From the IMG/VR virus record IMGVR_UViG_3300007513_000001, positions 186,001-250,000 of that record: 64,000 bases of DNA. One strand, written 5' to 3'. The notes below the pieces were generated by a model. The model was not told where the DNA came from. It saw nothing but the letters and a program-made list of their open reading frames with translations, and did no database searches. The position numbers and the translations under genes were made by a program. Shown here piece after piece: positions 1 to 9,300 of this stretch; positions within the stretch are counted from its first letter, which is position 1, and the number at the start of each line of letters is the position of its first letter.

Positions 1-1044
1 GGACTAAACGTTTTAAATAAAGCTAACGCGCTTATGAATGATAGAGCAGCCTCTACAGATCCAAAAGGTCTTGCTGGGGATGATCCACCGGGCGGTGGAC
101 TCGGTCTTGGCGGAACAGCTGGAAACGGATCAATGTCTGGGCTGGGACGCCAAAACAACGTAGTTTTCTCTTACAGAAAAGCTGTAGAGATTATGACTGA
201 TCCAATGATAGTCAACACTAATCTTCTTGCGGTACCAGGCATAAGAGATCCATTCATTACTGATCTTGCTGCTGATAGAACTAGAGATTATTCAATGGCT
301 ATGTATGTTATGGACATTCAGCAGTACGACGAAGATGAAAATAGACTGTTTGATTCTGACACTGCGAAGCGAGATGTAAGAGAAACTGCCGAGCAGTTTG
401 AAGGCCGTAGAGTTAATAACAACTATGCTGCGACTTACTTCCCCGACGTATATATCGATGACCCAGTTAATAATAAGAGTGTTTTAGTTCCTTCATCTGT
501 AGTTGCTATGGGGGCTTTGGGTTATAACGACACTGTAGCATATCCTTGGTTCGCGCCTGCTGGATTTAACCGCGGATCATTAGACAACGTTAGAAATACT
601 GCGGTGAGATTAACTGCTGGAGATAGAGATGAGCTATATGATGCTAGAGTTAATCCTATAGCTAATTTTCCAAATGGCGGATTCGTCATCTTCGGCCAAA
701 AGACCCTGCAGATCAACAAGAGTGCGCTTGACAGGGTAAACGTTCGAAGAATGTTACTTGAAGTCAAGAGATTAGTGGTTCAAGTAGCAGATAGACTGTT
801 ATTCGAACCAAACACACCGGCAACAAGATCGAGATTTATTTCTCAAGTTGCACCAATTTTAGCACTAGTTCAATCACAGGCAGGTATAGAGAAGTTTTCT
901 GTGGTCATGGACGACACAAACAATTCGCCACAAGATGTAGAGCAAAATAAACTGAATGGTAGAATAGTGGTTGTTCCCACTCGTTCTGTTGAATTCATTG
1001 CTATTGACTTTATTATCACAAATAGTGGCGTATTGTTCATGTAA
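1..1044 (+). CDS. Contractile tail sheath protein 1, C-terminal part (5' end outside the window)
   Basis: The frame is open from base 1 (GLNVLNKANALMND...). It carries the sheath C-terminal motifs PWFAPAGFNRG, FGQKTLQ...SALDRVNVRR, LFEPN and PTRSVEFIAIDF. Confidence 0.93.
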   Translation, partial: GLNVLNKANALMNDRAASTDPKGLAGDDPPGGGLGLGGTAGNGSMSGLGRQNNVVFSYRKAVEIMTDPMIVNTNLLAVPGIRDPFITDLAADRTRDYSMAMYVMDIQQYDEDENRLFDSDTAKRDVRETAEQFEGRRVNNNYAATYFPDVYIDDPVNNKSVLVPSSVVAMGALGYNDTVAYPWFAPAGFNRGSLDNVRNTAVRLTAGDRDELYDARVNPIANFPNGGFVIFGQKTLQINKSALDRVNVRRMLLEVKRLVVQVADRLLFEPNTPATRSRFISQVAPILALVQSQAGIEKFSVVMDDTNNSPQDVEQNKLNGRIVVVPTRSVEFIAIDFIITNSGVLFM

Positions 1045-1085
1045 TGAATAGTTACTTGTAAGAGAAATTTTAGGAGCACAAATAA

Positions 1086-4000
1086 ATGGCTGAATTAACT
1101 TTTAAAAGTCCGGGAGTTGCAACAAGGGAGATTGACCTTTCAGGTCCGACTAGTGTTGCCCCTCAAGGTACCCCAGCTGGAATAATCGCTACGGCAAATC
1201 AAGGTCGAGCTTTTGTTCCAGTGACAGTTGCTACTTACCAAGATTTCATCGCAACATTCGGAGCTTCCGATGGCGAGAAATTTGGACCGTTAGCTATGAA
1301 CGAATGGATGAGAAATGCAAAGGCGGGTACTTATCTAAGAGTTCTCGGCGTTGGCGATGGAAAAAAGAGAATTACATCGCAAACAACAGATGCTGGTGGT
1401 TACGACATTTATCCTGGAGCAGTAAAAAATGCAGGATTTATTGTAGGGACCAAACAATTAAACGATAAAGGATACCTCAACACTAACGTTTATGCTTACG
1501 ACTATGGTGTAGCTGGCGGAACATATATGTTTGGCGCACTAATGTCTGAATCTGCAGGAAGTACAATATTTTCCGATGCGGGTTTGCAGAGCAAAAATTA
1601 TTCGTGGATTGGATATGGCGCAAAAGCAGTTCCAATTTTAAGAGCTGTTTTAATGGTTGCATCTGGTGTTACTTTAGGACTTTCTGGCAACTTAGTTAAA
1701 GGGCCGGGCGCTGGAGTTGTAACAGCTTCTGCCACAGGAACAAAGGGAATATTAAGCTCTGCGTTTGACGGCGGTGCAAGTTGGGGAGAGCTAGATCTTA
1801 CCTCGGCAAACCACTACAACTTTACAATGCTGTTAAACGGGCACAAGAACACCTCGGCTTATCCAAATACAATTACAGCTTCTATGTCTCCTTGGAGCCC
1901 TTCATATTTTACAAATGTATTCAACACAGATCCAACTAAACTACAGCAAGCTGGATATTATATGTACACGCATTATGATATTGCTCCAACTCTTGCGGTT
2001 GTTACTGGTACCGGAGTAGTTTCAGTCAATGCTTGGACCGGATCTTATGCAGCTTCGAACTATGAGCCCTGCTTATTCGTTCTAACAGCTTCTGATGGAG
2101 TTAACCAAGGAACGACTACTAAACCTAATTACGAAAACTTCTCTGACAGGTTCCGAACAGCTTTCTCTCCTTGGGCAATATCTCAGAAATTCGGTGGAAA
2201 ATATAAAAACTTGTTTAGATTCCACTGCTTAGATGACGGCCAATATCCAAACACTTTAACAAAAGTTTCTATTAGTAATTTTAAAAAGGGTGCCACTGAA
2301 GAAAATTATGGAACTTTCGATGTAGAAATTAGGGCTTTCGGAGACACCGACGCTGAAAAACAAGTTTTAGAATCCTACCTTGGAGTTAATTTAGATCCAA
2401 CTTCTGATGATTACATTGCAAGAAGAATTGGAAATGTCCACCAATACTTTGATTTTGACCACAAGGTCGCAAGTCAAAAATTGGTAATTGAAGGCATTCA
2501 TCCAAACATGAGTAAATACGTTAGGGTAGAAGTGCACAACGAAGTAGATGTTCAAAATACTCCGGTCACTTCCTTACCGATAGGATATCGTGGTCCTTAT
2601 CACTTAGTTACATCTGGTTCAGACATATTCTCAGATCCAGGTTATCCTGCAATGAATACTATTACAGGCTCAGCTGCTGACGCTGACGGTAGTGGGGTCA
2701 TGGCCCAAGGAACTGTAATCGCGCAATCAACTTGGGGCGAAAGAATGGTAGAACCCCCTATCCCTTATAGACTTTGTATCTCAAACAACACAGGAGATAA
2801 AAGAACGGCTAATAGCTCTTATTATTGGGGTGTCCAGTTTACTAAGCAAGATAGGATTTATGAAAAAGGCCCTAACGCTAGTAACGTTTTGGAAGAGTCA
2901 TTAGCTTCTTATACTAAATACTTTCCTCGGTTCGCCACCGGCCAACGACACGTTTCAGTCGGGAATAACGCCGGAGCTTTAGACGCTAGTGGAACCGTAT
3001 TAGACTCAGATAAATTTAATAACAATATCTTCACGCTCGAAAGAGTTCAAGTTCACACTAAATCTTCAGAAGACAAAGTAGATTCTAAAGAGTGGGCATT
3101 CTCAGTCTATAGAAGATCAGGGGTGTTAAGTTCTTCACTTCTAAAGAGCGATGGAACTTATTCAACTGGTCGCTTCTTAAATGTCGATAAAGACTTTGGA
3201 GATGTAGCTTCTCGCAAATACATGAAATTTACGATGTTTATGCAGGGAGGATTTGACGGCGTTAATATCTTCGATGAAGATAAAGCTAAGCTTAATAATG
3301 CTGCTGCATCCCGCGAGATGGATGATGAGAACCAAGGCTACGCGCAAGGTCCAACAGTTGCAACTTACATGAAAGCTATCGATGTAATGTCTGAAAAATC
3401 AGATGCTGATATTATGCTCTTAGCTATTCCTGGAATCCGCGAGACAAAAATTACTGATCACGCACTAGACAGAACTGAAGAGCGTTTCGATGCTATGTAC
3501 GTCATGGATATTGAAGAAAGAGACACTCAGAATAATGTAGTAACTGGATCTCTAGAGATAATTGGTGTTAATAACACTGTTACTAATTTTAAATCTAGAA
3601 ATCTTGATAGCTCATTTGGAGCTGCTTACTTCCCAGACACCTATATTACTGATCCAGCGACTGGAACCAATGTAAGGTGTCCACCATCAGTTTCAGTTTT
3701 AGGAGCTATGTCGTTAAACGATGCAGTTGCATATCCATGGTATGCTCCAGCAGGATTTACTCGAGGCGCTCTGTCTACTACTCTTTGGGCTCACGTCCAG
3801 TTGAGTCGAGCTAATTTAGACACACTTTATGATGCTGATATTAACCCAATAACAAACTTCCCAACTTCTAACGGGGTCGTAGTATTCGGTCAAAAGACAA
3901 TACTCCGGTCTGCTAGCGCTTTGGATAGAGTAAACGTTAGAAGGCTTCTTATCGATATTCGTAGAAAAGTTAGAAAAATTGCAGATACTTTCCTCTTTGA

Positions 4001-4235
4001 GCCTAACCGAGAAGATACTCTTGCTAGATTCTCTGCTTCAGTAACGCCTGTTCTTACAAGAATTCAGCAACAGCAGGGTCTCGATAGGTTCAAGGTCTTA
4101 ATTGACACCACAACCACCACCCAGGCTGATGTAGAAAATAATACTATTAGAGGAAAAATATTCTTGCAGCCCACTCGCTCTGTCGAGTTCATATCTCTTG
4201 ATTTCGTTGTTACAAATAATGGGACAGAGATTTAG
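1086..4235 (+). CDS. Contractile tail sheath protein 2 (T4 gp18-like)
   Basis: N-terminal SPGVATREID and C-terminal PWYAPAGFTRG / SALDRVNVRR / PTRSVEFISLDF motifs. AGGAG SD. Confidence 0.95.
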   Translation: MAELTFKSPGVATREIDLSGPTSVAPQGTPAGIIATANQGRAFVPVTVATYQDFIATFGASDGEKFGPLAMNEWMRNAKAGTYLRVLGVGDGKKRITSQTTDAGGYDIYPGAVKNAGFIVGTKQLNDKGYLNTNVYAYDYGVAGGTYMFGALMSESAGSTIFSDAGLQSKNYSWIGYGAKAVPILRAVLMVASGVTLGLSGNLVKGPGAGVVTASATGTKGILSSAFDGGASWGELDLTSANHYNFTMLLNGHKNTSAYPNTITASMSPWSPSYFTNVFNTDPTKLQQAGYYMYTHYDIAPTLAVVTGTGVVSVNAWTGSYAASNYEPCLFVLTASDGVNQGTTTKPNYENFSDRFRTAFSPWAISQKFGGKYKNLFRFHCLDDGQYPNTLTKVSISNFKKGATEENYGTFDVEIRAFGDTDAEKQVLESYLGVNLDPTSDDYIARRIGNVHQYFDFDHKVASQKLVIEGIHPNMSKYVRVEVHNEVDVQNTPVTSLPIGYRGPYHLVTSGSDIFSDPGYPAMNTITGSAADADGSGVMAQGTVIAQSTWGERMVEPPIPYRLCISNNTGDKRTANSSYYWGVQFTKQDRIYEKGPNASNVLEESLASYTKYFPRFATGQRHVSVGNNAGALDASGTVLDSDKFNNNIFTLERVQVHTKSSEDKVDSKEWAFSVYRRSGVLSSSLLKSDGTYSTGRFLNVDKDFGDVASRKYMKFTMFMQGGFDGVNIFDEDKAKLNNAAASREMDDENQGYAQGPTVATYMKAIDVMSEKSDADIMLLAIPGIRETKITDHALDRTEERFDAMYVMDIEERDTQNNVVTGSLEIIGVNNTVTNFKSRNLDSSFGAAYFPDTYITDPATGTNVRCPPSVSVLGAMSLNDAVAYPWYAPAGFTRGALSTTLWAHVQLSRANLDTLYDADINPITNFPTSNGVVVFGQKTILRSASALDRVNVRRLLIDIRRKVRKIADTFLFEPNREDTLARFSASVTPVLTRIQQQQGLDRFKVLIDTTTTTQADVENNTIRGKIFLQPTRSVEFISLDFVVTNNGTEI

Positions 4236-4275
4236 TTTGCGTAATACTTAGTTTATACCATAGGAGAAAAAGAAA

Positions 4276-4764
4276 ATGGCCGAAACTCTCGCAGTTCAAG
4301 ACATGCTTCCAAATAAATTTGAGCCAAAAAGAAAATTTAGATGGATATTTGCTATCGAAGGAATCGATGCTTTCTTAATGAAGGCAGCGGCTCGCCCCAA
4401 CGTTACAATTTCTGAACAGGAATTGCACTTCATTAATTCACGGAGATACCTTGCTGGTAAGATGAATTATGATCCAATCAGTGTTACCCTTTATGATCCA
4501 ATTGCTCCATCTGGAGCTCAACAGGTCATGGAGTGGGTTCGTACACATTCAGAATCTGTTTCTGGTAGATCTGGTTATGCTGATTTCTATAAAAGAGATT
4601 GCCAGCTTAAAATGCTAGATCCAGTAGGAACAGTAGTGGAGCTCTGGGATCTTAAGGGATGCTTTTTAACTAATGCTAACTTTAACGATCTAGATTATAC
4701 AGCTGAAGATCCAACCGAAATTGCTTTGACGATTAGATTCGACAATTGCGTACTTCAATACTGA
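4276..4764 (+). CDS. Tail tube protein (T4 gp19-like)
   Basis: 162 aa directly after the sheath, with FEPKRKFRW, ITLYDP-like, QQVMEW and YKRD...LDP.G..VE.W.L motifs. Confidence 0.9.
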   Translation: MAETLAVQDMLPNKFEPKRKFRWIFAIEGIDAFLMKAAARPNVTISEQELHFINSRRYLAGKMNYDPISVTLYDPIAPSGAQQVMEWVRTHSESVSGRSGYADFYKRDCQLKMLDPVGTVVELWDLKGCFLTNANFNDLDYTAEDPTEIALTIRFDNCVLQY

Positions 4765-4802
4765 TATTTTCTCCATTTTCTTTTTAGTTTTGAACTGCTT
4801 AG

Positions 4803-4835
4803 CAGCTCCGTTTAACGACGGAGCTGTTTTATTTT
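4803..4835 (+). terminator. Intrinsic terminator after the tail tube gene
   Basis: Perfect 9-bp stem CAGCTCCGT / ACGGAGCTG with a 6-nt loop, followed by TTTTATTTT. Confidence 0.85.
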
Positions 4836-4888
4836 ACATTTGCTGAAATTGGTAAAAATTACAGTAAGATCTTTATTTAGGAGATTAA

Positions 4889-5755
4889 ATGTCTGATAAC
4901 AGTGATAGAGCAAAAAGAAACGAAGTTTTCGGATCTGGCAACGGACCTACTGGTCACGCTCCCGGCATGCCGACTAGAAATGTAATGAAAGACGATTTTG
5001 GCTTGGATATTCCAGTCGACATCGTTCCATTGCCTTCGAAGGGGGTAGTCTACCCAGTAGATTCTGCGATGTATGGAAAGGAAACAGTTTCCATCAGAGC
5101 AATGACAGCTAGAGAAGAAGATATTTTAACTTCTAGAGCTCTTATTAAAAATGGAACGGTTATTTCCGAGCTTCTAAAGTCCTGTATTGTTGACGAAGGC
5201 TTCGAGCCTATGAATATGTTAACTGGCGACCGGAATGCCCTGATGACAGCTCTGAGGATCACGGGCTATGGTGCTGAGTATAGTGTGGAAGTTAATTGTC
5301 CAGCATGTAGTGAAAGATCTAAACAAGATTTTAATCTTGCAGAACTTCCAGTCAAAAGATTAGAAATAAATCCAGTTTCCGATGGCGCTAATTTGTTCGA
5401 AGTTGATTTACCGGTAACTAAGAAAACAGCACGGTTTAAGTTTTTAATAGGCTCTGATGAGCAAGAAATATCTACTGTTTCTGAAAGAAGAAAGAAGGCG
5501 GGTCAGAGAACTGATAATTTAGTTACGACAAGACTTCAATATTCTCTAGTTTCTATTGGCGGTATTACCGATAAATCTAAGCTTAATATTTTTATTAGAA
5601 GCATGCCAGCTAAAGACTCTCTTTTCTTGAGAAGATATATTGATGCTAACGAACCAGGAATAGAAATGAAGGCTTGGATGGAATGCCCATCTTGTTTTGA
5701 GTCTTCGGAGGTAAAAATGCCGCTTGGCGCAAGCTTTTTTTGGCCTGAATCCTGA
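4889..5755 (+). CDS. Tail/baseplate-hub assembly chaperone (T4 gp26-like)
   Basis: LPSKG..Y, MTAREEDIL and GDR.A....LR..GYG motifs, two CxxC pairs, FFWP end. Lies between the tube and tape-measure genes. Confidence 0.75.
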   Translation: MSDNSDRAKRNEVFGSGNGPTGHAPGMPTRNVMKDDFGLDIPVDIVPLPSKGVVYPVDSAMYGKETVSIRAMTAREEDILTSRALIKNGTVISELLKSCIVDEGFEPMNMLTGDRNALMTALRITGYGAEYSVEVNCPACSERSKQDFNLAELPVKRLEINPVSDGANLFEVDLPVTKKTARFKFLIGSDEQEISTVSERRKKAGQRTDNLVTTRLQYSLVSIGGITDKSKLNIFIRSMPAKDSLFLRRYIDANEPGIEMKAWMECPSCFESSEVKMPLGASFFWPES

Positions 5756-5993
5756 AGATAAAAAAGTGTTTTTAGAACACACTTTCTTGCTTATGTATTA
5801 TAGCGGTTTTTCTTACATTGAGTGCTATAATATGCCGATATGGCAGAGGGTGTGGTTTATTAATCGAATTAATGAAGAAATAAAGAAATCGCAAGGTCAG
5901 TCTCACGCCGCGCATCACAACGATCCTCAAACAAGAGCCATGATGAATCGAGCTCGATCAAATGTGCCCAGTAAATTAAGAAGATTTACTTGA
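5724..5993 (+). CDS. Small tail-assembly ORF overlapping the chaperone, possibly a frameshift extension
   Basis: Has only a TTG start with no SD and overlaps the upstream gene across a T7 run. Contains a Y.MP...R.W motif typical of T/gp51-like extensions. Confidence 0.6.
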   Translation: MAQAFFGLNPEDKKVFLEHTFLLMYYSGFSYIECYNMPIWQRVWFINRINEEIKKSQGQSHAAHHNDPQTRAMMNRARSNVPSKLRRFT

Positions 5994-6022
5994 TGGGTAA
6001 TAGTTATATTGAGAGGCGCAAA

Positions 6023-6283
6023 ATGTCAAAGAAAAACAATGCTGGTGAGAAAAAATTATTCGCAGCTTCAGCTGCTTATATTTTGGGTTTGGGTCCCGTT
6101 CAAACGATACGTGGAACCCCAGTCCAAGTAGAAGCTTATAAAAAAACAATAGCAGCCTCTAGAAATCTTTACGAAGCTTTAGAGATAAGTGAAGACTCAA
6201 GTGCAGTTTTGGCTTTAATTGAAGAAAAGAATAAGAAAGCAAGAGACTTATATAACAAAACGGGCATTCGCTGGCCATTTTAG
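6023..6283 (+). CDS. Hypothetical protein (tail module)
   Basis: GAGAGG SD before the ATG at 6023; preceded by an ATAGTTA motif. Confidence 0.6.
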   Translation: MSKKNNAGEKKLFAASAAYILGLGPVQTIRGTPVQVEAYKKTIAASRNLYEALEISEDSSAVLALIEEKNKKARDLYNKTGIRWPF

Positions 6284-6369
6284 TTTACTACAGCTTCAGA
6301 TTTAACACCATAAATTTCTGGAGAAGATATTTATTACATAAGTCGTAAAATTGCATGTAGAGAATATTA

Positions 6370-9300
6370 ATGGCCAATGACGATCAGCACCAGTTAGACA
6401 TCCAATCACAGATAAATAAAGTTATCGAAGCTCGTGCTGCGCTAATGAAAAATGTGACTTCTGAAATAAGCGCGCAAGTTTCAATGGCCCAGGAATTATG
6501 CAAGGCTTTAGATTGCGAAGATCTCGAAGGCATGCAAGAGAGGATGGATGGTTTCCACGAAGCTCTTAATAGAGCGGGAGATTCTGCTAGGGATATGGAT
6601 TCAACCCTAGTTGACATCGGCGAAGCCGCGGAGGATTCTGCCAGCTCAGCGAATAATTTAGTTAGTGAATTAGCAGATATTGCTCCAAAAGCCACGGGCG
6701 CCGTTGGGGCGATGAATGCGTTTAAGGGCGTAAAAACTTCTCTCCATGGCCTTTGGGATACTGTTAGTGGATTAGGCAGTTCTTTGATGAATATTGGCGG
6801 CGCTATAATGGGCGCTGTTTCTGCTGGAATAGGTTTTTTAGCTGATAAAGCTATGCAGGCTGGAAATGCTAATGTTGGCTTTGCTAACGCAATGAACAAA
6901 CTAAATGCCGCGTTTGGGGAATCTTCAGCGCAAGCAAAAAATGTGCGCGGAGCTTTTGATAATATAAAATCTGGCTCCAACGCAATGGGAGAGGCTGGAG
7001 TTTCTCTCACGGCCATTTATGGCCGAGGCCCAGATGGTATGGCTGCAGCCTTAGAAGATATAACTGAACTAGCTAAAGAGATGGGAACTGAGTTCAACAA
7101 GCTAGGCGACGACTTTGAAAAAAATGCTGGCCAGTATATGCTTGCTTATAAGGGCTTGGGACTCTCGGCCGAAGCTTTAGCAAATATAAACAAAGAAGCC
7201 ATGGCTGGTGGAAAAAAGACTTCCGATGTTTTAAAGATGCAGGCAAAGATGGTGGGTCATCTCTCTAAAGAGTATGGCGTATCCGTCAAGCAGATGGGAA
7301 AGAATTTGTCCGAAATGGCAGAGGCACATGAGACATTCGGAGGAATGTCTCAAAAGCAGTTAACTGCGACTGCAGCTTTTGCTGCGAAGCTTGGTGTTGA
7401 GATTAAATCCCTGGCAAGCGTTACTAAAAAATGGGACGATTTTGCCAGTGCGGCGGAAGGAGCTTCTGAATTGGCAGCCAGCTTTGGCATGGCTATTGAC
7501 ACTATGGATATGATGAATGCGGATCCAGCTGAGAAAATAGGGATGCTCAGAGACAGTTTCCACGCAGCAGGAAAATCTTTCGCAGATATGTCCAGGCAAG
7601 AAAAGGCCAGGTTGGCAGAGCTTTCAGGCGGACTCTCAACTAAAGAACTCGAGACAATGTTAGATCCAGCTAATGCTGGTTTATCTTTTGATGAGCTCGA
7701 AGCCGCAGCTCAAGATGCTGCCGATGGAGCAATCACTCAAGAAGAAGCCAATGTGATGTTAGCTAAATCTATTGAAAAGCTTACGGAAGCTTTTGGTGGA
7801 ATGACAAACGTTGGCGGACCGCTAGATGCGTTTTTGCAGGGTGTAACTCAGGGAATAATGAAGTCTCCACAAATGAGAGAGATTTTAAATAATTTCCGAG
7901 AAGTCTTAATGACTATCTACAACGCTGGAAAAGAAGTCGGTAAAATGTTCATGGAGCTCTTTCCCGGAATGGAACAGTTTGCGGGTGGTTTTGCTGAGCT
8001 TCTTAATCCTGAACAATGGAAAGCCATGATGGGAGATGTCGTTGAAGCTTTTAGAGAGTTCTTTATTCTGTTAGAGACAGATCCAGAAGCTGCAATGGAT
8101 AACTTGATAGAAAAAATTAAAACTATTTTTACTGACTTTTTTGCTGGTAACGAAGGCTCTAGCATGATGCAAGAAGGTCTACAAAAAATGTGGGGGGCTA
8201 TCCAGGGTATTGTTGGTTGGCTAGCCAAAAAATTAGCTGAATTTATGGCGCAAATATTTGATGCTCTTATGAAGAGCGCGCTGTTTAAGAAAGCTGCAAC
8301 TGCTCTTGGTATGTTTGTCGGCGCCAGATTTGCTCTTGGTTTAGCAATGGCTGCTGGGCAAGCAATGTTTGTCGAGTGGTTAAAGAATAAGTTTTTTCCA
8401 AAAGGTGCGGCTGATAAGATTGCTAAGACAGCTGGTAAAGGTGTTGGCGGCGCAGTCGGTGAAGGCGCAGAAGACGGAGTCAGGTCTAATAAAGGAATAA
8501 TAGAAGCTCTAAAGGAAATTACTGAGAAAGACATCAAAAAAGCTTTTAAAATTGGAATGTATTTAGTCGCGTTCGTTTCTATAGCTATGGTAGCGTTGGC
8601 TGGAGCTTTCTTTTTGGTATCTAAAATATTAGGTGCTCTTTCAGTAGAAGAAATGGTGAAGGGCATAGTAGGATTAGCTTCGGCATTAGGTGCAACTTGG
8701 GTAATGATTCAATTTGCTAAAATGATGAAGAAAGCTGATATCATGAAAGCTTCTATGGGTATGTTGGCCGCGGCGGGAATGTTTTTGGTATCTGGTTATT
8801 TATATGCTACAGGCTTAAAACTTATGCACGGTGTTCTCGAGGGCATTCCGTTGTTGCGAATGGTAGAGGTTATGGCTATGCTTGGTATGGCTCTGCTAGC
8901 AACTTGGGGTATGATCCTTTTGGGTTCTTTGCTGGTAGCCGATGGTGGAGTCATGATGGCCATGACAGCTCTCGGAATGCTCGCTGCTGGATTATTGTTC
9001 TTGATTACTGCTCCAATATTCGGTGCTGGCTTAGTGGCTTTACACGATACCATGGCCGGTATTGATCTCATGAGAATGATCGAAGTCATGGCGATGTTGG
9101 GAATGGCACTATTAGCAACTTGGGGGATGGTTATGGTTGGAGCTACATTAGGCTCTTCTCTCGTAGCCATCGGCCTTGCATTAATTGGTAGTTTGGCTGC
9201 TGGCGCTTTGTTTGTAGTCATGTCAACAGTTCTAGGCGCTGCGATGATAGAGTTTTATAATGCAATGTCTGGTATAGACGCAACAAGAATGATTCTTCTT

